Positions 1-6,222 of a stretch of 8,008 nucleotides of DNA are shown here, piece after piece; the stretch's first letter is position 1; each line of letters opens with the position of its first letter. Location of the stretch: the NCBI RefSeq assembly GCF_006345805.1, contig NW_021828606.1, positions 1 to 8,008 on the forward strand, given 5' to 3'. The translations under genes and the position numbers were made by a program. This DNA is from Octopus sinensis. Taxonomy: Eukaryota. Below the pieces are notes generated by a model. That model searched no databases. It was not told the DNA's origin and worked only from the letters and a program-made list of their open reading frames with translations.

Positions 1-27
1 TAAAAGAATAAAAAGAATAAAAGAATA
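1..27 (+). repeat. (TAAAAGAA)n-like run, probably the 3' tail of a family-A SINE lying just upstream of the window
   Basis: taaaagaata aaaagaataa aagaata resembles the family-A tail agtaaaagagtaaaagag seen at 634-660. The SINE body is not in the window. Confidence 0.4.
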
Positions 28-359
28 TATAAAATTTAAGTAGAGGATATATTAGCCTCTTAAAAGGGTGGTTACATCCAAGAAAACACTGGTTCTGAAC
101 CTTATACCTTTGAGAAATAAAATTTCCCTAAATCAATAACTATGTATTAAGTATATAAACCGTATTAAATTAAAAGAAGAAAATGGAGAGTTAGTGGTAG
201 ATAATTATTTATTAATAAATTGATAATAATTTCTTCCTACAGCTGTTTCATTGACTAAATTACAACTTTGCATCTATAAGTCAGGAGCAAAATATCATAA
301 GCGAAAATTTAGACATTTAAAAATTTACAAGATGACCTGTCTGTTCATTCTAACATTAC

Positions 360-380
360 CTGCTGACCTATCTTTTCATT
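360..380 (-). other. Candidate 21-nt frame-preserving microexon (phase 0: NEKIGQQ)
   Basis: Minus strand reads gttaatctatgtg-tttttttttg-tttttttttt-acaacAG|AATGAAAAGATAGGTCAGCAG|GTAATG. This gives a branch-like TTAAT, a long U-tract, an AG acceptor and a CAG|GTAATG donor. Only phase 0 is stop-free. No transcript evidence. Confidence 0.3.
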
Positions 381-470
381 CTGTTGTAAAAAAAAAACAA
401 AAAAAAACACATAGATTAACATGTAATTTTAGAAATGTCTAACTTTTCCCTTTGTAATTTGTAATTTGTT

Positions 471-660
471 GCTTGACAACCGATGCTGGTGTGTTTACGT
501 CCCCGTAACTTAGCGGTTTTGGCAAAAGAGACCGATAGAATAAGTACTGGGCTTACAAAGAATAAGTCCCGGGGTCGATTTGCTCGACTAAAGGCGGTGC
601 TCCAGCATGGCCGCAGTCAAATGACTGAAACAAGTAAAAGAGTAAAAGAGAGTAAAGAGT
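471..660 (+). mobile_element. tRNA-derived SINE family A (octopus-type), 5'-truncated 3' half
   Basis: Near-identical to the reverse complement of the 3' halves of the full-length copies at 2674-3085 and 5299-5722 (gcttgacaaccgatgctggtgtg...gcagtcaaatgactgaaacaagtaaaagag). Ends in a (TAAAAGAG)n tail. Confidence 0.92.
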
Positions 661-811
661 ATAAATGGAAACAGCCGTAGGAAGAATGATTATCAATTTC
701 TTAAATAATTATTACCCCCTGACTCACCATTTACTTCTCGTTTTTTAATATGAGCTAGCAGAAATACCCAACCTTGTTTGGGATTAAAAATAGCATAGTT
801 TATTTATTGCT

Positions 812-1114
812 TTAATTGTTTCAGTTATGTGACTTGCGGCCATGCTGGGGCACCACTGTTGGTCGAACAAATCGACCACAGGATTTTTTCTTTGTAAGCC
901 AAGTACTTATTCTATCAGTGTGCTTTGCGGAAATGCTAAGTTATGGGAACATAGACACAACAGTTTCAGTTACCGAGGATTGGTGAGGGTACAAACACAG
1001 ACACATGCGCGCGCACGCACACACGCGCACAAAGATACACATATATACGACAGTTATCTTACAGTTTACGTGTACGAAATCCACTCACAAGGCTTTGGTC
1101 GGCCTGAGGCTATA
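812..1114 (-). mobile_element. SINE family A, diverged copy lacking the tRNA head
   Basis: Colinear with 2674-3085 from the tail (tgtttcagt) through the internal AC-rich SSR to ccactcacaaggctttggtcggcctgaggctata, where it runs into a (TA)n tract. Many substitutions, roughly 20% by eye. Confidence 0.85.
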
Positions 1115-1162
1115 ATATGTATATATATCCATATGTGTATTTATTATATGTATACCTATATA

Positions 1163-1203
<41 letters not shown>

Positions 1204-1375
1204 CACATACATATATATATATACATATATACACACACACATATATATATACATATACATCTATATATGTATGTACATATGTATATATACATATCATATA
1301 TGTATATACCCACATATATATATATATATATACATACATATATATATGCGCACATATATACACCCACACACACAC

Positions 1376-1424
<49 letters not shown>

Positions 1425-1480
1425 TATATATATATATATATTATATATATATACGCACATATATACACAGGTATACACAT
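1115..1480. repeat. Complex (TA)n/(CA)n/(TACA)n microsatellite, ~365 bp
   Basis: Direct reading. It generates the Y/I/H/T-rich ORFs in the track. Confidence 0.95.
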
Positions 1481-1736
1481 AAATAACAGTGACAAACGAA
1501 ATATACAATGCCGGAAGTTGTTGTTGACAAACAACAGCAGTAATTTTATTCAGCTGAATACACGTCATTGATTGGTTGAAATTACCGAAATACGACAACT
1601 TTAACAAGAAATAACTTTCAAAATACATAATTTTCTCAACAACGCCAAGAGTAAAAGATGTTTTATGTTACACATTCTACCAGTATACGAAGTTTGAAAG
1701 TGTTTTGTTACAAAAAATTATTTTTTAAATCTGTCG
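1481..1736. mobile_element. Possible fragment of an unnamed non-autonomous DNA transposon or interspersed repeat
   Basis: Non-SSR block between a TA tract and a SINE fragment that resembles, from recollection only, a dispersed octopus repeat (…cattctaccagtatacgaagtttgaaagtg…). No TIR pair or second copy is visible in the window. Confidence 0.3.
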
Positions 1737-1810
1737 CTCTGAGTTCAAATCACACTGAGATCAACTGTGCTTTACTTCATATTGGGGTCGATAAATAAAG
1801 TAGTAGTCTA
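1737..1810 (+). mobile_element. SINE family B, short diverged fragment
   Basis: ctctgagttcaaatcacactgagatcaactgtgc…attggggtcgataaataaagtag aligns with the family-B copies at 4281-4418 and with the reverse complement of 5032-5191 and 6223-6365. Includes the B-box-like GAGTTCAAAT. Confidence 0.7.
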
Positions 1811-2001
1811 TAGCTGGATTGGTGGGGTCGGTGGAACGTCGTATGAGTGACTTGGTGGTATTTCTTCCGGATCTCCTGAGTTCTTAGTTATTTGGTTTAA
1901 CTAACACTGTGTAAATCATCCGGTTTCCGATCACCACCCGGTCCTTGGGTACTTTTAGGCATTCAGGTCAGGACTCCAGTTTGAGGATGCTTTCCCCTAT
2001 T

Positions 2002-2024
2002 TCTCTTTCTTTCTTTCTTTCTTT
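2002..2024. repeat. (TTTC)n polypyrimidine microsatellite
   Basis: tctctttctttctttctttctttc read directly. Confidence 0.85.
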
Positions 2025-2196
2025 CAAGTCTCGGAGGCCCTGAAAAAAATAAAAGGTCCGGATTGCTGCCCCCCCCCTGACTAAACAGTAACAAAATAAT
2101 TTTAAAAATAACAAAGTACGAATGGTGACACTTTCACGTTTGATGGCCTTGAACATTGTATCATATTATATTACCTACTATACCAAATAGAAGTAA

Positions 2197-2234
2197 ACAG
2201 ATACATACATACATACATACATACATACATACAT

Positions 2235-2272
<38 letters not shown>

Positions 2273-2289
2273 TGACAGACAGACAGACA
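2197..2289. repeat. Compound tetranucleotide microsatellite (ATAC)n(AGAC)n
   Basis: (ATAC)9 at 2201-2236 followed by ~13 AGAC units with one ACTG interruption. Confidence 0.95.
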
Positions 2290-2559
2290 AAGGTGGGATT
2301 GGAAGATGAGCTGCTAAGGCAACTTTATCTGATATAAGATAAAATAACTGCGGAATTACAAAAGGTGTATTTTAGTATTAGTTACATAAACCTCACCAAA
2401 CTACGCATGAAATACCTTCGTTACAAACAGCAGACTTGACGCCCAAACTATTTCCACGTTGTGGACAGAGAGAAGACACCTGACGGCTGTCCATGAGCAA
2501 CGTGATATTCAACACAGACACAACATTGTTATCAGAAACGCAACCCACGCCCTTCTGTA

Positions 2560-2615
<56 letters not shown>

Positions 2616-2667
2616 CACAACACACACACACACACACACACCACACACACGCACACACACATACACA
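2560..2667. repeat. Imperfect (CA)n microsatellite
   Basis: Direct reading. Source of the HT/CV-repeat ORFs. Confidence 0.95.
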
Positions 2668-2673
2668 AATATA

Positions 2674-3085
2674 TACTCTTTTACTCTCTTACTTGTTTCA
2701 GTCATTTGACTGCGGCCATGCTTGGAGCACCGCCTTTAGTCGAGAGCAAATCGACCCCAGGACTTATTCTTTGTAAGCCTAGTACTTATTCTATCGGTCT
2801 CTTTTGCCGAACCGATAAGTTACGGGGATGTAAACACACCAGCATCGGTTGTCAAGCGATGTCGAGGGGGTGGGGACAAACACAGACACACAAACATATA
2901 CATTCATATACATACTTATATACGACAGGCTTCTTTCAGTTTCTGTCTACCAAATCCACTCAGAAGGCTTTGGTCATCCCGAGGCTATAGTAGAAGGCAC
3001 TTGCCCAAGGTGCCACGCAGTGGGAATGAACCCGGAACCATGTGGTTGGTAAGCAAGCTACGTACCACACATCCACTCCTGCGTC
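2674..3085 (-). mobile_element. SINE family A, full length
   Basis: Minus-strand head GACGCAGGAG-TGGATGTGTGGT (A-box-like, 3064-3075) and GGGTTCATTCCC (B-box-like, 3022-3033), then CCTTGGGCAAGTG, an internal SSR, the 3' body and a (TAAAAGAG)-type tail. TATATA flanks both ends (2670-2675, 3086-3091), a possible short TSD. High similarity to 5299-5722. Confidence 0.93.
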
Positions 3086-3270
3086 TATATATAAATAGGT
3101 TGGAGCGAGGTCACTTGACCCTGTTATCTCCCCTACTATCCCTCTAGCGTCTAACGTCTGACCTCTAACGTTAGACCTCCGATCTCTGACTTCTCCTGAA
3201 ATCAGAACGCCATGTTGGATCATTAGCCCCTACACGCAATTTTTTTCTCTCCTTGTTTCTTTTCTGTGTA

Positions 3271-3308
3271 TCTTTCTATTGAAGAGCGTAGGCTCGAAAC
3301 GTAAAAGA
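3271..3308 (+). ncRNA. Minimal type-I hammerhead ribozyme motif with a degenerate core
   Basis: Helix I TCTTT(3271-75)/AAAGA(3304-08); core CTATTGA(3276-82) versus canonical CTGATGA; extra A; helix II GAGC-gtag-GCTC (3284-95); GAAA (3296-99); palindromic ACGT in place of helix III; GUA cleavage triplet at 3301-03. Confidence 0.7.
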
Positions 3309-3364
3309 CTTGTTTTATTTCTATTCCTGAGCGCCATACTAATACAATTGTTTGTTTGTAGTCC

Positions 3365-3554
3365 ACCTGCCTTCGTCTTTTGTTTATTTTCGTAAACCTG
3401 CCTTCGTCTTTTGTTTATTTTCGTAAACCTGCCTTCGTCTTTTGTTTATTTTCGTAAACCTGCCTTCGTCTTTTGTTTATTTTCGTAAACCTGCCTTCGT
3501 CTTTTGTTTATTTTCGTAAACCTGCCTTCGTCTTTTGTTTATTTTCGTAAACCT
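3365..3554. repeat. Perfect 31-bp minisatellite, 6 identical units plus 4 nt
   Basis: Unit ACCTGCCTTCGTCTTTTGTTTATTTTCGTAA starts at 3365, 3396, 3427, 3458, 3489 and 3520, with a partial ACCT at 3551. No mismatches between units. Confidence 0.97.
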
Positions 3555-3581
3555 TCCCGTTATATATATATATATCTGCTA

Positions 3582-3727
3582 TCTTTTACGTGTTTCAGTC
3601 ATTTGACTGCAGCTATGCTGGACCCTATTTTTTAAAGCCTAGTAATGATTTTATCAGTCTTTTTTGCCGAAATAAAAATACCAACACCGGTTTTCAAACG
3701 GCGATTGGGGACAAACACAGACACAAA
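3582..3727 (-). mobile_element. SINE family A, degenerate 3' half with internal deletions
   Basis: tcttttacgtgtttcagtcatttgactgcagctatgctgga…aagcctagta…ggggacaaacacagacacaaa matches family A. The GTCGA/TCGAC hairpin segment and the 'ccgctaagttacggggac' segment are missing. Confidence 0.8.
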
Positions 3728-3742
3728 GCCATGCACATTATA

Positions 3743-3960
3743 GACTGTCTGTCTGTCTATCAATCTACCATTCTGTTTGTCTGTATGTATGGTTGTATGT
3801 ATGTATGTATGCATATGTGTACATGTGCGTGTGTATGTATGTGTATACCCGTGTATATATGTGCATATAGATATATATATATATACATACACATGTGTTT
3901 GTGTGTGCGTGTGTGTGTATGTATTGATATGTTTGTGTGTCTTAATGGATGTATGAATGA
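3743..3960. repeat. Complex (GTCT)n/(GTAT)n/(TG)n/(TA)n microsatellite
   Basis: Direct reading. Confidence 0.9.
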
Positions 3961-4069
3961 ATGTATTATACTATTTATCAAGCTTAATTTCATAAACACT
4001 TTGGAGCGGTAACACGAAACTCCTTGGCCCTTGAGACAATCCTGTAGCTTCGCACCTAATACATAAGTG

Positions 4070-4280
4070 CGCACGTATCTGCGTGTGTATGTGTGTGTGT
4101 AGGTATACATACATACACACATATATATGTATATATATGCATATATATATATATACATATATAATTATATACATATATATACACTAGATTTTATATATTA
4201 TATAGTCGTAAACACAAACACACACACACACATATATATATGTGTGTGTGTGTGTTTTGTTTGTTTGTGTGTGTGTGTAT
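4070..4280. repeat. Complex (TG)n/(TA)n/(CA)n microsatellite
   Basis: Direct reading. Confidence 0.9.
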
Positions 4281-4413
4281 GCTGAGGTCGACTTTGCCTT
4301 GCATCCTTTCGGGGTCGATAAATAAAGTACCAGTTACGTACTGCGGTCGATGTAATCGACTTAATCCCTTACTCTTTCCTTGTTTGTCTCCTCTATATTT
4401 GTGGGCAATAAAG

Positions 4414-4418
<5 letters not shown>
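4281..4418 (+). mobile_element. SINE family B, 5'-truncated
   Basis: gctgaggtcgactttgccttgcatcctttcggggtcgataaataaagtaccagttacg…gtgggcaataaagaaata matches the reverse complement of 5032-5191. Ends in (TA)12. Confidence 0.88.
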
Positions 4419-4444
<26 letters not shown>

Positions 4445-4484
4445 TTAACTATCATATATTATGTATATGTACACACACACACAT
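4417..4484. repeat. (TA)n then (CA)n microsatellite at the SINE tail
   Basis: (TA)12 at 4417-4440 and (AC)6 near 4471-4482. Confidence 0.9.
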
Positions 4485-4765
4485 GTGACTGAGAAATTTC
4501 GTAGGGACGCCAATTGTATGAAACATAATATTGAAGCCATTGCTACAATGCTTACGCAATGTAATTAACAGAAAATATGCTAATTAAATTACATTTGCAG
4601 TGAACAGAATAAGACAAAGACTAAATAGCCAAAATTAATTAAATATAACCACGGAAAAGAGTGTGTGGGAGGCAACACTGAAATTTTAATTAAGGAAATC
4701 TTGAGAAGATGAAAATATTAACTCGAAAACAAAAACCACCATCGAGATGGCCACGACTAGAACAA

Positions 4766-5014
4766 CTCTGATTGCCTGTCCTGAGTATTACCTGACACAC
4801 AATACATTACCCAGGCGTCCATGCAACATACGTGATACATATTCCCAATTTGTTCTCTACCACCAGAGTAACTTGGGAATTATGAAAGGAAAGCTTTATA
4901 TTACTCAACAACATATGAAACAAGGGCTAACTAGAAGTTCGACAACAAGCATGGATAAATTATGAAAATGTTTAGGATAAATTATGAAAATGTTTTGGAC
5001 AGGCAAAGGGTTAA
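4766..5014. mobile_element. Candidate piggyBac-like MITE, ~250 bp
   Basis: 10-bp inverted repeats TTGCCTGTCC (4772-4781) and GGACAGGCAA (4997-5006). The right end continues AGGG-TTAA, a piggyBac-type terminus. The left end is degenerate (acaa-ctct-ga). Confidence 0.4.
4953..4999. repeat. 22-bp tandem direct repeat, 2 copies
   Basis: GGATAAATTATGAAAATGTTTA (4953-4974), GGATAAATTATGAAAATGTTTT (4975-4996), then GGA. Confidence 0.9.
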
Positions 5015-5031
5015 AATAACATAGCCAGAGC

Positions 5032-5191
5032 TACTATTTCTTTACTACCCACAAGGGGCTAGACACAGAGGGGACAAACAAGGACAGACACACGGATTAA
5101 GTCGATTACATCGACTCCAGTGCGTAACTGGTACTTAATTTATCGACCCCGAAAGGATGAAAGGTAAAGTCGACCTCGGCGGAATTTGAAC
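5032..5191 (-). mobile_element. SINE family B, young 5'-truncated insertion with a 14-bp target-site duplication
   Basis: AACATAGCCAGAGC at 5018-5031 and 5189-5202 flanks the element. The body (minus strand gttcaaattccgccgaggtcgactttacc…gtagtaaagaaatag) retains its CpGs. Confidence 0.93.
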
Positions 5192-5298
5192 ATAGCCAGA
5201 GCAACCGCCAACGACGGCAGCCGCGAATAACTCGCCAAGCGACGGCAGCAATGAAGACAACCAGTTCCCGGAGTCACCTAGAGAGTCCTTTCAGTGAT

Positions 5299-5525
5299 CT
5301 CTTTTACTCTTTTACTTGATTCAGTCATGGGACTGTGGCCATGTTGGAGCACCGCCTTCTAGTCGAGCAAATCGACCCCAGGACTTATTCTTTGTAATCA
5401 TAGTACTTATTCTATCGGTCTCTTTTGCCGAACCGCTAAGTTACGGGGACGTAAACACACTAGCATCGGTTGTCAAGTCATGTTGGGGGAACAAACACAG
5501 ACGCACAAACATATACATACATACA

Positions 5526-5559
<34 letters not shown>

Positions 5560-5722
5560 CGACGGGCTTCTTTCAGTTTCCGTCTACCAAATCCACTTAC
5601 AAGGCTTTGGTTGGCCTGAGGCTATAGTAGAAGACACTTGCCCAAGGTGCCACGCAGTGGGACTGAACCCGGCACCATGTGGTTGGTAAGCAAGCTACTT
5701 ACCATACAGCCACTCCTGCGCC
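5299..5722 (-). mobile_element. SINE family A, full length
   Basis: Head GGCGCAGGAG-TGGCTGTATGGT (A-box-like, 5701-5712) and GGGTTCAGTCCC (B-box-like, 5659-5670), internal (ATAC)n near 5511-5552, and a (TAAAAGAG)n tail. No clear TSD. Confidence 0.94.
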
Positions 5723-5862
5723 TTCATCTTCGTAATAAAAATGGTTACTAATTTAACCTCAAGTTTCCCTAAAGAAGAAGGAAGGAGAAAACAAATATGT
5801 CGACCATAAAATAAAAGTAAAAGGCTTTCGTTCCTTCTTCTTTGGTCGTGTTGTAATGTTAT

Positions 5863-6192
5863 AGGGTAAATACCCTCTTTTGGTCATAAATGACCATGGG
5901 ATTGCACATAGAAAGTTATCCTCCGAAGCACAAATCCGGACAAGGTTGTTCATGGAAGACCAGCAGTTGCCCATGCCTCCCCTCTCCATGCCACCGATGT
6001 AATTCAAGGAAAAGGCAAAGGCCGATACAGCTTCGCACCAGTGACGTCACAACTCATTTCTACACATGAGTGAACTGGAGCAACGTGAAATAAAGTGTCT
6101 TGCTCAAGAACACAACACACAGTCTGGTCCGGGAGTCGAACTCACCATCTCATGATTGTCAGCCCGATGCTCTAACCACTGACCCATGTACT
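5863..6192 (-). mobile_element. SINE family C, tRNA head plus CORE-like domain, near full length
   Basis: Minus-strand A-box TGGGTCAGTGGTT (6174-6186) and B-box GAGTTCGACTCCC (6131-6143). These are followed by CTTGAGCAAGACACTTT…CCAGTTCACTCA..TGTAGAAATGAG, which resembles the CORE-SINE consensus CTTGGGCAAGTCACTT…CAGTTTCCTCATCTGTAAAATGGG. Confidence 0.8.
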
Positions 6193-6222
6193 TGTTTGTT
6201 ATATTTCATAGATATTTTGAGA

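Larger units (their letters stand above)
3086..3575 (+). mobile_element. Probable Penelope-like element pseudo-LTR remnant or retrozyme-like non-autonomous element
   Basis: Begins with TATATATAAATAGG, carries a minimal hammerhead fold at 3271-3308 and a U-rich 3' part, and ends in (TA)n at 3561-3575. Minimal type-I hammerheads are an established hallmark of Penelope-like terminal repeats. No RT or GIY-YIG ORF is present, so class and boundaries are inferred. Confidence 0.55.

Noticed and set aside
842-1628. ORFs of 121-214 aa (842-1486, 1110-1628, 1117-1482, 1169-1534)
   Set aside because: Y/I/H/T/C/V dipeptide runs translated from the TA/CA microsatellite and a SINE. TA and CA dinucleotide repeats lack stops in these frames.
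1955-1995. Minus-strand peptide ASSNWSPDLNA resembling the Tc1/mariner SPDLNPIE motif
   Set aside because: Only SPDLN matches, a stop follows immediately, and there is no other DDE context or TIR.
2001-2120. Plus-strand polypyrimidine tract plus AG (2027-28) as a splice acceptor
   Set aside because: The tract is a (TTTC)n microsatellite, and only weak donors (GTCCGG, GTACGA) follow.
2381-2392. 12-mer GTTACATAAACC also found at 7603-7614
   Set aside because: A single AT-rich 12-mer match within 8 kb with no flanking similarity is compatible with chance.
2393-3052. ORFs 2393-2668, 2493-2990 and 2849-3052 (and the similar 483-680, 3590-4012, 5316-5627, 5480-5689)
   Set aside because: They read through (CA)n tracts and SINE bodies. 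Similar peptides recur at each SINE copy, which reflects repeat homology rather than a gene family.
3108-3121. AGGTCA-ct-TGACCC as an estrogen or ecdysone response element
   Set aside because: The spacer is 2 nt (ERE needs 3, the classic EcRE 1), and it lies within a repeat.
3365-3554. 31-bp repeats as a CRISPR array
   Set aside because: The units are contiguous with no spacers, there are no cas genes, and the context is eukaryotic.
3962-4069. ~110-bp unique island between two microsatellites as an exon
   Set aside because: Open minus-strand frames exist, but there is no convincing acceptor and donor pair and no recognisable peptide.
6120-6192. SINE heads (also 3015-3085 and 5650-5722) as tRNA genes
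   Set aside because: A and B boxes are present, but there is no complete cloverleaf or acceptor stem and each continues into a SINE body.
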